From: Octopus bimaculoides
Taxonomy: Eukaryota
Reading direction: 5' to 3'
Length of the DNA stretch: 64,000 bases
NCBI RefSeq assembly: GCF_001194135.2
Contig: NC_068982.1
Location: 136,158,294 to 136,222,293, forward strand
Under the pieces are notes generated by a model. The model saw only the letters and a program-made list of their open reading frames with translations. It was not told the DNA's origin and searched no databases. Both the position numbers and the translations under genes were made by a program. This document shows, piece by piece, positions 12,806 to 26,115 of this stretch; within the stretch, counting starts at the first letter, position 1; every line of letters starts with the position of its first letter.

Positions 12806-13251
12806 AGGTGTCTCCGTGGTAACTTGAGCTACTACAAATAGCAGCCAAACCAAACTCTCTTAAAATACACCCTTTTATTAAAAGAAAGACACAGATTAAC
12901 AGTATTTCAAGAAGAAAAAATCAACAATGCAATGGATCTGCTTCATCAGAGGCAACTCTGTGCTAAATAAAACACACTCAAACATACTTTACATTAAAAG
13001 ATTATCTTCGAAGTTTCATTCCCTGGTAAAACTCCATGTTCTCATTATGCTCTATCTAAGACATAAAGATTGTTCAGGTAGAATTGCATCCCTTACCTGA
13101 AGATCTCAAAATTGTGCGACCCGACCGCGTTTTCAAAATAATTTTTGTACTAAAAAAGAGTTGTTGCGCAAGAAACATACGCACGCACGCACGCACGTAA
13201 TCACGCACGCACACACACACACACACATACACACACACACACACACACACA

Positions 13252-13698
13252 NNNNNNNNNNNNNNNNNNNNNNNNNNNNNNNNNNNNNNNNNNNNNNNNN
13301 NNNNNNNNNNNNNNNNNNNNNNNNNNNNNNNNNNNNNNNNNNNNNNNNNNNNNNNNNNNNNNNNNNNNNNNNNNNNNNNNNNNNNNNNNNNNNNNNNNNN
13401 NNNNNNNNNNNNNNNNNNNNNNNNNNNNNNNNNNNNNNNNNNNNNNNNNNNNNNNNNNNNNNNNNNNNNNNNNNNNNNNNNNNNNNNNNNNNNNNNNNNN
13501 NNNNNNNNNNNNNNNNNNNNNNNNNNNNNNNNNNNNNNNNNNNNNNNNNNNNNNNNNNNNNNNNNNNNNNNNNNNNNNNNNNNNNNNNNNNNNNNNNNNN
13601 NNNNNNNNNNNNNNNNNNNNNNNNNNNNNNNNNNNNNNNNNNNNNNNNNNNNNNNNNNNNNNNNNNNNNNNNNNNNNNNNNNNNNNNNNNNNNNNNNN
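13252..13698. other. Assembly gap (N)
   Basis: Run of N. Confidence 1.
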
Positions 13699-13789
13699 TC
13701 TATTGATTCGGTTATTTCATCAAAAACGAAACTATTATATTTTTACAAATATGAGGTGAATTAAATTATTCAGTATTGCGAACCTTTGA

Positions 13790-13985
13790 GAAGCGGGGTG
13801 AGCTGGCAGAATCCGTGGCACACCGGGCAAAATTCTTAGCAGCATTTCGTCCTACTTTACGATCAAATTTTGTTCAAATTCTGCCGAGGTCGACGTTGCC
13901 TTTCATCCTTCCGGGGGTCTATAAAATGAGTACCAGATACACACTTGGGTCGATGTAATCGACTGATTCCCTTCCCCACAGATTT
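13790..13985 (+). mobile_element. OR2-like SINE (diverged)
   Basis: gagctggcagaatcc..gttcaaattctgccgaggtcgacgttgcctttcatccttccgggggtctataaaatgagtaccag. Confidence 0.85.
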
Positions 13986-14246
13986 TCATGATTATTAATT
14001 TTGAAAGTTACACCTACGTTAGAAGGTCTCATTTCTTTCTTCGTATTTCATATTAATTAATACAATGAGCATATTCCAAATAAAAATCTTCGTAAGATAC
14101 GGACCTTCACTTTGAAATCTGGGATAATTTAAGTTTCACCAAACAGCTGTTTGGATAAATTCCTAAAAGGATATCTATGATAATTGGTGTTGAACATAGC
14201 TAAGCTCATATCCCAATAGATATGTTCATGCGCACCATCATCAAAA

Positions 14247-14297
<51 letters not shown>

Positions 14298-14804
14298 TAT
14301 AGGTACGAGCGTATCTTCAAAATTGATATCTTATGAGCGCAATAAAAATATAGGTATGTATTTGTAAAATTGGGATTTCTTTATTTCACATTGAACAACT
14401 AGAGTGTGAGTATCACACGTTTTTGTTTGGCAATGAGTTGGAAGTTACAGTGTCAACTATTTCAGCAGCCAGTCGGTGTCGAGGTGCGATCACCCTTGAA
14501 ACTTAATCGCAATAAGTCAGCTAACTTATCACGCAATGATGGTACACGTATTTGAAACTGCTTTCTTTACATCTCATAACCTATCGTATTTGGAATGGTC
14601 GTAAAGCCAGTGTTTCCAAACATTTTTTCATAAATACTCTTCCAAAACACGTTGTATGGAATATAATAATATGGAACCAAATATATCAAAGATAGTAATT
14701 TGTACTTGTATTTGAAGCAAATATAAACGATTTTATTATTTTCCTTATCAAAATATTCATAGCGTGAATAATACTCATAAGGTGAATACTTATAGGTTTC
14801 AAAT

Positions 14805-15010
14805 TTTGGCACTAGGCCAACTGATTTAGGGGGGGGGGTATAAGTCGATTAAATCGACACAGTGTTCAATTGGTACTTGTTTTATCGACTCAGAAAAGAT
14901 GAAACACGTAGTCGCCCTCGGCGGAATTTTAATTCAGAACGTGAAAACGGACGAAATGCCGTTAAGCATTTTGCCAACGTTTTGATGATTCTGCCAGAAC
15001 GCCAGCTTAT
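14805..15010 (-). mobile_element. OR2-like SINE (diverged)
   Basis: Reverse complement of the core and head. Confidence 0.8.
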
Positions 15011-15689
15011 AAAGAGAATAAATATTGCCCCATTTGTTTCTTACAAGATATCATAACAAATAACTAAAGGTATAAAACTTCACACAATTGACGACACACT
15101 AATAATACCCTAAATTTCTGTCTTTCTTACCGCTTTTATGAAAGTAGATTTAGCTACTTTAAAATCGGTTTCTATCATTACTGATAATGTCAGTCAACGT
15201 ATTGGCTAAATTGCTGAAGATACTAAAAATCAGGTATGCATGGATGTTTGGACAGAATGTATTAATGTAAATAAATAAGAAAGGAATAATTATGATAGCA
15301 GACATTATATCAATATGATTGAAATAAGAGTAATTGAAATAACACAGTCCGTTTATTAATATGATACCTGTGGCTGATATCCAGCAGCGAGTTTTATAAT
15401 ATTTGGTTCCAAATTTGATGAAACAAATCGTAGACTCAATTGCCGCATAACTTGCAATCGGTTTCTGCTGTTGATCAAAAGTTGATTTACAGCGTAAAAA
15501 TGACTTTTTCTCTCAATTACCAGCTTCATTTCGAAACAAAGAATAGTTCTAACTACGTTGCTAAAGCATATTTTTATACAATTTATGGTTTATACAAAAT
15601 TTATACAATCTATGGTTTCACAAAACTTCAACTTTACTTCCTCATCCTCTTAAAGTCAGTGATGGCGTCGTATAGAGGATTTTATTTCT

Positions 15690-16265
15690 CTTTATCACAT
15701 GTTTTCTTGGATCTCCTGGAGTCTTGCATGCGTAGTGAGCTTGCTACCTGCAGCCTGTGGTAGCATGCTATCCGTCCTTTTCTGCTGTTTAATACTTTCC
15801 TGATCATTCTGGCAGTGCCAAGGCGGCAAACCTTTTCTAACAGTTCTACTGGGCACTCTATTCCAATTTCCTTTATATTCCTCTTGATGCCTTCTGATAC
15901 TGTTCCCAAAGACCCAAACATAATTGGCACTATATTCACCTTCTTAATTTTCTATAGTCGGGCTATTTCGTAATTAAGAGGGTTGTATTTATCTATTTTT
16001 ACTCCTTCCTTCTTGACTATTCGTGGGTGAAAGGGGCAATATCAACTAAATAGCACGTGAGGTGCATATTTTCCACCTACACTGGGTCTGGTCTTTTATG
16101 CTGAAGCACCAGATCTGTTTGGATTGGGAAATCCCAGAGGATTTTGGCAGTCTCCGACTCCACCACTCTCTGTGGTTTGTACTCATACCACATCTTGCCA
16201 CTCTCTTACCCCTACATTTCGCAGTTTCCAATGTAGCACCTGATCGTGTCGCTACAACCTGTATA
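15690..16265 (-). mobile_element. R4/Dong-clade REL endonuclease relic (third family)
   Basis: Minus strand: WYEYKPQRVVESETAKILWDFPIQTDLVLQHKRPD..LVDIA..KIDKYNPLNYEIARL..VNIVPIMFGSLGTV..LGTARMIRKVL, a PD..D-type REL pattern. Confidence 0.87.
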
Positions 16266-16269
16266 CTAT

Positions 16270-16399
16270 TATACAGGATGGATTTTGCCTTACATCCTTT
16301 TGGGTATAGATAAATTCAGTACCAGTGAAATACTGGGGTCGATATAGTCAACTTATCTTCTTCCCTCAAATTTCAGGCCTTGTGCTTAAAACAGAAAGA

Positions 16400-16473
<74 letters not shown>

Positions 16474-16605
16474 CATCATCACCATCATTATTATTGCTTT
16501 ACATCCTTCGAGGTCGCTAAAATAAATACCAGGTGAGTACTGAGATCGATTAAATCCACTTATCCCTCCACCGAAATTGCTGGACTTATGCCAAAATTTG
16601 AAGCC
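16270..16605 (+). mobile_element. Two 5'-truncated OR2-like SINE tails separated by an (ATT)n tract
   Basis: tttgccttacatccttttgggtatagataaattcagtaccag at ~16285 and ctttacatccttcgaggtcgctaaaataaataccagg at ~16497; (ATT)n at 16400-16492. Confidence 0.75.
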
Positions 16606-16851
16606 ACTATTCTTGACGTAATGACTCTCCCATGATACAACAAAATACACAATTTCACATCTAGAATCTTGGAAACCAAACACATAAATGAAGCTGTAAC
16701 AGTCTTTTCACTAAAAAAGACTGCTAAAACTCCTGTCAATATGTTGCTTATGCAGTTAAATTCTACTTGTAAATGTATAGCCAGCCTGTATTAACTTAAA
16801 ACTGATGAGTTTTGTTTTTGCATTTTCTATCTCTGATCTTTCATTTTGCTA

Positions 16852-16852
<1 letters not shown>

Positions 16853-16921
<69 letters not shown>

Positions 16922-17030
16922 TTTTTATTATTATTATTATTATCATTATTATGGTTCAGTAGTTTTATTTTTATAACGTGCTTTATTATTATTATCATTA
17001 TTATCATTATTATTATTATTATTATTTTAT
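16853..17030. repeat. (ATT)n microsatellite, the (TAA)n tail side of the adjacent minus-strand Dong element
   Basis: Directly visible. Confidence 0.95.
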
Positions 17031-18425
17031 GTTTGACTTTTGTTTTGCATTTGTACAAGTTGGATCCAAGTCTCACCCAGAGACCTCAAGAGACAACAAG
17101 TTAGAAGTTCATGTAGGTGTTATGCCTAGGGTACCATATATTTGGATTTGTACAGTTTTGTTCTAGTGAATGTTTAAGAAACCATAAGAAAATTATGTGT
17201 TTGCTTTAAAATTGAGATCACATAGACAGTATTTTACGTAGGATATGGGCAGTTCCCATGAGCACTATCTTTTGAACTTCAGCCATTTTGGGGTTTCCTG
17301 GTATCTGAGCTAGGCAGTAATCAGCCCGTTTCGCTGTCATTCCCAGGGCACCTATGACAATAGGTATTGTTTTCGTNNNNNNNNNNNNNNNNNNNNNNNN
17401 NNNNNNNNNNNNNNNNNNNNNNNNNNNNNNNNNNNNNNNNNNNNNNNNNNNNNNNNNNNNNNNNNNNNNNNNNNNNNNNNNNNNNNNNNNNNNNNNNNNN
17501 NNNNNNNNNNNNNNNNNNNNNNNNNNNNNNNNNNNNNNNNNNNNNNNNNNNNNNNNNNNNNNNNNNNNNNNNNNNNNNNNNNNNNNNNNNNNNNNNNNNN
17601 NNNNNNNNNNNNNNNNNNNNNNNNNNNNNNNNNNNNNNNNNNNNNNNNNNNNNNNNNNNNNNNNNNNNNNNNNNNNNNNNNNNNNNNNNNNNNNNNNNNN
17701 NNNNNNNNNNNNNNNNNNNNNNNNNNNNNNNNNNNNNNNNNNNNNNNNNNNNNNNNNNNNNNNNNNNNNNNNNNNNNNNNNNNNNNNNNNNNNNNNNNNN
17801 NNNNNNNNNNNNNNNNNNNNNNNNNNNNNNNNNNNNNNNNNNNNNNNNNNNNNNNNNNNNNNNNNNNNNNNNNNNNNNNNNNNNNNNNNNNNNNNNNNNN
17901 NNNNNNNNNNNNNNNNNNNNNNNNNNNNNNNNNNNNNNNNNNNNNNNNNNNNNNNNNNNNNNNNNNNNNNNNNNNNNNNNNNNNNNNNNNNNNNNNNNNN
18001 NNNNNNNNNNNNNNNNNNNNNNNNNNNNNNNNNNNNNNNNNNNNNNNNNNNNNNNNNNNNNNNNNNNNNNNNNNNNNNNNNNNNNNNNNNNNNNNNNNNN
18101 NNNNNNNNNNNNNNNNNNNNNNNNNNNNNNNNNNNNNNNNNNNNNNNNNNNNNNNNNNNNNNNNNNNNNNNNNNNNNNNNNNNNNNNNNNNNNNNNNNNN
18201 NNNNNNNNNNNNNNNNNNNNNNNNNNNNNNNNNNNNNNNNNNNNNNNNNNNNNNNNNNNNNNNNNNNNNNNNNNNNNNNNNNNNNNNNNNNNNNNNNNNN
18301 NNNNNNAGTCACGACTGGTATGGCTAGAGCATTGATCGCTTCGATCCTGTTTCTCGCGTTCAGCTCTGTCTTCAGTATCGCTCTCACCCTGCGATAACAT
18401 TCTCTTCTGATCCTTTCTCTCACCA
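17031..18425 (-). mobile_element. 5'-truncated R4/Dong-clade retrotransposon spanning an assembly gap
   Basis: ORF 17218-18426: ERIRRECYRRVRAILKTELNARNRIEAINALAIPVVT[gap]TKTIPIVIGALGMTAKRADYCLAQIPGNPKMAEVQKIVLMGTAHILRKILSM. Both ends abut (TAA)n; same family as 2714-3350. Confidence 0.92.
17377..18306. other. Assembly gap (N)
   Basis: Run of N. Confidence 1.
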
Positions 18426-18427
18426 CT

Positions 18428-18460
18428 GATTATTATTATTATCATTATTATCATTATTAA

Positions 18461-18521
<61 letters not shown>

Positions 18522-18560
18522 TAATTAATTAATTAATTAATTAATTAATAATTAATCAGT
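18428..18560. repeat. (ATT)n then (TTAA)n microsatellite
   Basis: Directly visible. Confidence 0.95.
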
Positions 18561-18614
18561 TAATTAAGTCACAACTCAAAGAATAAAGTAAATGTCATTT
18601 GGAAGTCGGTTTTG

Positions 18615-19172
18615 CGTTTTTTTTGTAGTTTCAGCTCAGAGCTGTGGCAATGCTGGAGCACCGCCGTTTTGCTACACTGTTATTACTGAGATCTTCCTCT
18701 AATATGTGGCACTTGGTGTAGAATGGAGTTTGATGTAGCTACCCTCATTTGCACCTCTTGCTGTGAGGTAGGTTCGTCTGGGACTCTCGACAGGAAGAGG
18801 TCCAACCTCGATTTAAAAACACCTACTTCAAGTTTGTACAGGTTCCTTGGGAGAATAGTAAAAAGCTGTGGGCCCCTGAAACCCAGGCTGTTGCAGTAAC
18901 TGTTCCTGAAGCGCGATGGCATTGCTGGGATCTTTGGCACTGAGCAGTGTCAACCCGTTCTGGCATTGATGTCGCTTTCATTACCAAAATTTGGCACAAT
19001 TCCTTCCAGGATCTTCCAGATGTATATTACTGCATACCTCTCCTGCCTTCGCTCCAGGGAGTAGAGTCTTGGCTGTTTCAGCCTTTCCCAGTAGCTGAGC
19101 AGTTGCAAAGAGACGATCTTCTTTGTGAAGCTTCGCTGGATTGCTTCAAGGTCCGCTGTTATCAAGATTTAT
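18615..19172 (-). mobile_element. CR1-clade LINE 3' end (post-RT region and 3' tail), 5'-truncated
   Basis: ORFs 18950-19165 (ADLEAIQRSFTKKI..YWERLKQPRLYSLERRQERYAVIYIWKILEGIVPN) and 18683-18940 (SLGFRGPQLFTILPRNL..FKSRLDLFLSRVPDEP) match CR1/L2-group C-terminal motifs. Confidence 0.88.
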
Positions 19173-20511
19173 AAATAAAAATTCATTTAAATAGTGGGAA
19201 AGCTGGAAGAATCCTTTCGAAAAGGTTCTTTGGACGGTCTTATCATTTTATTGAGGAGGAGTAGTATTTCAAAATCTCCATTACTTTCTTTAACAAATTT
19301 ACAGAACAACCTAATATATATGGTCCGAGTTTTTGATTTTAACAGTAAATATTCTCAAAGCGAGACTTCAAGGAAGCTACTCTTTAAGACTTTTAACGAA
19401 GTATTCTCATAAATTTTACAGTGAAATTCTAGAGATATCAGGCACTACTTTTTCATATATGACATTTGACTAACTTATATGGCCCATCATTAGTTTCGCC
19501 CGACAATACATTGCTAAAAGGAATACTTGTATCTTCAAGATAACTTTATAAAACCACGAAAATAAATTCTCCTTTTGTATCCGCTTTCAATAATCTAAGG
19601 AGTAACTGCATACATTTACAACAATTGAAGGAGGATTTTGAGACAAGATTTCAGGCATGATTAAAGTGCTACTAACCAGATGAAACAGTATAGTCCAAAA
19701 ATTCTCATAAGATATCATAGCTAATAACTAAATGTGGAAAACTACACACAATTGAACATGGTGTTATAAATACCTCAGTTTCTGAAATAATTATCATGGG
19801 CATTATCGTAAATATAGATATTTTAAAATTCGTCACTAGAATGTCCCATTTACATATGTAAATGAAGCATATCATATGAACTCTGTTTTAAGTGTTTTCT
19901 GGAAATGTGGTCTTTTAGATGCTATGAAATCATAGCTTCATGTGATATTTTCAGGAAAAAGACAAGTAGTTTGCCGATCTATATACATGTAGAGCAATAA
20001 ATCCATTCAGTTGAATTTTTTTTCGCCAACATTGGTTTAACTTTCTCACATTTCTATATTTATTAGACTGGCAGAATTATTCGAATTATTTGCATCGCAT
20101 TCTGCCTTGGTCATGATGGTAAGAAATATCTAAAATTTAAAATAGATTTTCATGTTACCAATATCATGAAAATATTATTATATAATTACTGATACTGAAT
20201 ACAGCGGAGTTCTGATCGATGTACACAACGGAACTGTCTGTAAATTGTTTGGTTTATCGACATTTTTCGACAATTTCGTCAGATGTTTATTTTCAAAGTT
20301 TAAAATATTACGAAAAGCAAAAATACAAAAATAAAAATAAAAAACTTCCCAATATTTCATTTTCTTTTTAATTTTTTGTCATGAATTGTATGTTTGAGAA
20401 GTTGACAAGATTCGGTAAAAAAAAAAAAGAAACAGAGTGGAAAATAATATTCAAGACTGAAAATGAAAAATTTACGCAGAATTTCGGTCGTTCAAACGTC
20501 AAAACAAATCA

Positions 20512-20727
20512 TCTCTTCTACTCTAGGCACAAGGCCCGAAATGTTTGGGGAGAGGACCAGTCGATTAGATCGGCCCCAGTAAGCAACTGGTGCTTTATTT
20601 ATCGACCCCGAAAAGATGAAACGCAAAGTCGACCTCGGCGGAATTTGAATTAAGAACGTAAAGACAGACAAAATACCGCGAAGCATTTCGCCCGGCCTGC
20701 TAACGATTCTGCCAGCTCACCGCCTTA
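20512..20727 (-). mobile_element. OR2-like SINE with TSD
   Basis: Complete head, core and tail; TSD gtcaa(a/g)acaaat at 20498-20509 and 20728-20739. Confidence 0.9.
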
Positions 20728-21959
20728 GTCAAGACAAATAATGGAATAAAGAGGCATAACAAAATATTTCTCCCTAGGGTGGATAGATTTTTTACGCCGG
20801 GCTTTTGACTGAAAAATTCACTCTGCAAAGCCGAGGAAAATTTCTGACCGAAGAACTGTCAGGGTTTTTGAAGCACTGAATGCATCTGGTTTTTATGACC
20901 CTTTGGCATTCATAACGCTTTAAAAAATTAAATATTTTAGATATAAACAATTAAAATCTGTTAATATATAAATAATTTGGTAGCATAGATTTTTACCCTT
21001 CCCTTAGTCTTATTTCACAGAAGTTAATATACAACTTTCTTCCCAGACACCCTCGAGTTTCTACAGGCCCTATAGGCCCTTTGTGATATAATTTTGCTTG
21101 CCGTCCCTTTTACACCTTCAAGCTCCTTTTGTAGGAGGTGACACGTATTCTGGTGGGAAGCAGTTCAAGCTAAAAAAAATCCATAAATGTTTTGACCGAA
21201 AAACTTTAAATCTGGGTCGAACAGCATTAAAGTTTGTGAATCAATGATAACTGCGAAGAAACGAAAACAGGTGGGGAGGTTAGCTGACCGATCATTGCAT
21301 CAGCTTTAATTGAGAATTGGAATATATTATAGAAACACCGCGAAAGGTTAAGTAAGTTTATGCGACATATTTGACGGATGCAGATTTGCTTCTAGTGGAC
21401 TAAACGTAAAATATCCAGAATATAGAATGTAAAGGGAATGTTCTTTTGGGAAGAAAACATTTTAAATGCAAGGGAAGATAAAGTTGAAAAACAGAATATT
21501 GGAATATTGGAATAAATCCACATGGTAGGATGGAATGAAGCTATCCATTCTATGGAGTGAAATATGAGAAGTATTAGAATAAAGAAAGTATTGTTATTTG
21601 AATATATTACAACAATTATGAGTCAGAAAGAAGCAAAATGAACATTAAGCAAAGACCATGTAAGTGTCCAGAATATTGGCTACTATTTTATATAGGCAAA
21701 TATCATATCTCGTATCTTTCTATAAGCATTATCTCCATAAAAGTAATATAAGCTGATTATTATCACATTCAATGAAATGTGAAACCAAGTAGAATCATTA
21801 CAGCGTCGGACAGACTGCTTCATTCTGACTCTCGACGATCTGACTCAAAATCCGCAGAAGTTAATTTTGCTATTCATCAGTTTCTGGGGTCTATAGTACC
21901 CATTAAGTACATGCCCTCTGGTCAAAAACGGCCAGACCTATACCCAAATTAGAAAGAAT

Positions 21960-22165
21960 CTTGCAGATCTGGCAAAATCATTTCTACACGGAAAAAAATG
22001 CTTAGTGGCGTTTCTTTTGGCTCTTTACGTTCTGATTGAAAATGCGATCGCAGTAGACTTCGCCTTTCATACTTACGGAATCGATAAAATGAATACCAGT
22101 CAAGCACCAGAGGCGACGTAATCGACTAAATGTCTTTTCAGGCCTTGTTATAAAAAAAAAAGTTT
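21960..22165 (+). mobile_element. Diverged OR2-like SINE
   Basis: aaatgcttagtggcgtttc..gtagacttcgcctttcatacttacggaatcgataaaatgaataccag. Confidence 0.75.
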
Positions 22166-22474
22166 ACCTCCAACCGCTGTCAACGAAATATTTCATCCAT
22201 TTAGCTATATTATTCCTTATAGCATCGCAGTGTTTGCCACACACCCAAACACGCTCTGTAACACGAAGGACATTTAACAAATTTACATGGCTTAGATTGG
22301 TTCTTTTTTCACGCCTATTAAATCATCTCACCCGCGTATCAACGATATTTAGTATGTATAACTATCTACTTGTTATCTTTGGTTGAACTTGTTATCGTTG
22401 GTTTGACTCATTATTGTTCGTTGCACTACGGGTCATATATAACTGTTATATGCAGGATATTATCATACATTATT

Positions 22475-22690
22475 TATTGATTTCAAATTTTGTCTCAAAC
22501 TTAGCAGATTCGGAGGTGGGGTAAGTCGAATACATCGATTCTAGTGATCAACTGGTACTTATTTTATGAATTCCGATAGGATGAAACCTAAGTCGTCCTC
22601 AGTGACATTCAAACTAAGAACATAAAGACGGACAAAATGCCGCTAAACGTTTTACCTGGCGTTCTAGCGATTATGCCAGCTTACCGTCTT
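22475..22690 (-). mobile_element. Diverged OR2-like SINE
   Basis: Reverse complement core ctggtacttattttatgaattccgataggatgaaacc. Confidence 0.75.
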
Positions 22691-22927
22691 ATTATCATAC
22701 TTTAATATTCCGACTAAATACCCACATCTTCCTTAGAATGGTTTCTGATTTAGGCATAAGGCCAGAGAGGTTGAGGTGATGGGGAGTAGTCGATACATTC
22801 GACCGTGATAAGATGAAATGCAAAGCTAACTGTCATAATTTTGAATTCAGGTACAAGTCATCAAATTGTTATCATCAATATATATAGTGTACGAACGCAC
22901 GCAATCTCTTCAATGAAACAATGGCAT

Positions 22928-22963
<36 letters not shown>

Positions 22964-23029
22964 CGCTTATAATTTATACACACATACAGACATACACCTA
23001 CACTCTTGTAGATTGTCTGAGCGTGTGTG

Positions 23030-23061
<32 letters not shown>

Positions 23062-23874
23062 CGTGTGTAAACAAAATACGTTACCTATCCCTCTAACACA
23101 AAGCTACAACGCAGCCATGTAACTGAGTACAGTGATTTCCGGGAAAGAACACTCTTCATATACGTGTTATATGCATTATAACATTTTAAGTATCCCATCC
23201 CACAGGGATTCTTTCTTATTAACTCACTATACAAGGACACGCATCACATCATTACTCTCTCCCTACTGGAGTTCTATATACATTTAAAAATGCTGTGTAG
23301 TCACATCCTACAAGGTCACGACCACCTATATATCATTGTATATTGAACAACATCACAAGTTTTCACACTTGCTTATTTGCAAACATTTCATATAACGACT
23401 GTACCGCTAAACCGAGTCCGTAATATTGCATCTGAGTTTCCCCTGACACTAAGTAATTGCCATTACCTAATCCTTATGCTGTATAGAGTCATTAAATTTC
23501 AATCACGCAAAATTATACCTTAAATATAGCTAAATGTAATGAATGTAGATATAAGTATAACATAATATTCGTTACCGGTTTACGCAGAAACACTTTATCC
23601 CCGGCTGTATCATGTTTCATCACTTCCACCGAACCGGCACCTCGGTAGAAATAGCTTATGTTGTAAAATATCACGCACAAAATATCACAGAGCTTCTGAA
23701 TCAGCAGAAACCCTTGGGGAAGCCTTCGTTTTGTTACTTGTCCTAGAATTGGCAGCTTAATTTCCTCGAAACACATTCTACGATCTTCAAACTGATGCAT
23801 TGTGTTATATAATCTCGGTTACACGTTTGCTGAAAATGAGAAAGGTTAGTAACGTGTAGAATCTCTTTCACCAT

Positions 23875-25005
23875 AGGTCGGCCGAATGAGTGTTGACATA
23901 GAGCTGAATCAGACCAACAATAGCTAAATCAGCCAAGTAAAGAAAAAACTGACGATAACGATGTGAACGGGACTGGAAGAAATGGTTAAGGTGCTGTACC
24001 TGGCAGGTGTCCCACTCTACAACAAGGTGGACCCGGTCATAATCCAGCAACTGCTCGCGATGCTACAAGATATGAGTGGAGTAAACAAGTAAACATGATG
24101 GCTATAGAGAGTTACTACCGGAGCACCCCAGTGGATGTGAATGGTGTGTTCGTCAAAGCGTACAGAAAACGAATGCACAATGCATGGAAAGCAATGAATC
24201 TGTTTGAAAATACTAAACAGTGATTATGTGACCAAGCAAGAGGAATACGAACGAATGAATGTTTAATACAACTGAAACTAGAAGCTATTAAAAGAAGGAT
24301 ATCGTGTAATGCTTAGCATACAAGAAACGAAAATGGCATAGTAGAAGATATGGACATTTGTTCGCAAGTGTATACCAGCGTGAACTGTGAAAGAATTGAG
24401 GTCAGTGACTACTTAAACAATGAAGATCGATTAATAACTGACAAGATTTTCCATCTATTAAATACAGAAGGGACAGCGTTTATGTGCGACTTTAAGAAGG
24501 CTAACCAATGGAGACTAAATCAAGAGACAAGTAAAGTCAATAATATATTGAGACACATTGAAACAAAGAACATCACACAAACAAATAATCTTCTCAAGTC
24601 TGCTAATAGAACTGTGACGGGAAGGATGGGATTGAGAACAACTGAGAACAGAACAATGACGGATAGAGGAAGAAATAAACAACCTTACTAGAAAAGGAGA
24701 ATTTCTGAAGATATAAACTCCTTGAACAGTGTAGTGTCAATACTTGTCAAGAAAAGAAATGGAGAACTTAAGAATGAATGGAAATTCGAAAAAGTTAGGA
24801 AGACGTATGGTGTAGATACAAAAGGTCTGAATGTTGTAACTGAAAAACTGGAGCAGCTCATACATGCAAAGATAGCAAAGCTAACTATGTTTTAACAACG
24901 GATTAAACAATACCAGGATTGACTATCACAAGGTTTATTATATGATTCCACATTCGTAGATCATTGAGTGCTTAGATCTGTTTGGAATTGCTAGAAATGT
25001 AATAA
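23875..25005 (+). mobile_element. R4/Dong-clade N-terminal ORF relic with an internal deletion joining to the RT domain
   Basis: MMAIESYYRSTPVDVNGVFVKAYRKRMHNAWK..; ..ETSKVNNILRHIETKNITQTNNLLKS..QPY*KRRI; then directly IDYHKVYYMIPHS*IIECLDLFGIARN, equivalent to the RT motif WIDYxKAYDxVPHSW. Confidence 0.82.
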
Positions 25006-25007
25006 CT

Positions 25008-26115
25008 TGCTCTAAAAGCAGGTAGTAATTTTACCATGTCTTTATTCTTAGTACACCTTTTGAAGAGTGCAGTTCGATTTTAACAGTTTTTAATAGATAT
25101 TTTCAAAGCTATATAGGAAGTGACAAAGGAGCATATTCGGTATATTTTGCTTTATGAGTTCAATAAAGGCAACGGTGCAACGGAATGTGTGAGCAATATT
25201 AATGCTGTTTATAGGGATAGGACAATAAGCATAAGCCAATATGAACGGTGGTTCCAGAAATTCCGAGCCGGAAACTATAGCCTAGAAGACGAGCCTTGTC
25301 CTTGAAGAGCTCGACGAGGACGTCCTGCGAACCCTGGTGGAACAAAATCCAATCGTAACTGTTCAGAAATTAGCAGGGATACTTGGATTTGGTCATTCAA
25401 ACATTCATCATCAACTCCGTGCTATCTGAAAAGTCAGCAGATGGGAGTTAATGATTTCTACAAGCTTTTCGAGTCTAATCGCGCGCAGAGAGTGAATGTG
25501 TGCTCTTCTTTGCTGTCAAATTTCACGAATGAGCCTTTTTTTATGGACAGAATAGTGAGTGTTGACGAGAAAGAGGATCTCTATAAAATTGTCAAGTACT
25601 GAAGATAGGGGATAGGGAAAGGAGAAACACCGGTACCCCAGGCTAAAAAAGGTCTTCACCCACATAAGTTGTTGTTATCTGTTTGGTGAGATTTAGTCCA
25701 CTTTGAACTTTTAAACCCAAACGAAACGATAACAAACAAGATCTACCCCAAGCAGCTTGAGCGGCTTAAGCCAGCGCTAGTAGAAAATCAACCATCTTTG
25801 GTTTCAAGACTAAATGTGTTTTTCCATCAAGATAATCCTCAGCCACGTACAGCGAGGATGACCTTCCAAAAGCCGGAGCAGTTTGAATGGGAAACGATGT
25901 TCCACCCATCATATTTGCCTAATATTGCTCCATCTGATTATCATTTATTCCGCAGTCTTCAAAATCGTTTGGACGGAAAAAATATGAATTTGTAGACCAG
26001 GTCAGAGGAGTATTTTCGTCATGGACAAGTGAATTTTGGAACAGGAGCTTTGGAGGTCTACCAGATAGATAGAAAAACATTGTGGAAAATGAAGGAGAGT
26101 ATATTTTAGATGAAA
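25008..26115 (+). mobile_element. Decayed mariner (D,D34D-type) transposase relic lacking TIRs
   Basis: TKEHIRYILLYEFNKGNGATE..RWFQKFRAGNYSLEDEP; IVSVDEK; FHQDNPQPRTA; HPSYLPNIAPSDYHLFRSLQ. Several stops and frameshifts; same family as 5921-6848. Confidence 0.92.

Noticed and set aside
14300-14560. Possible mariner-like TIR (tacgagcgtatcttc) after a TA tract
   Set aside because: No convincing partner TIR or transposase remnant found.
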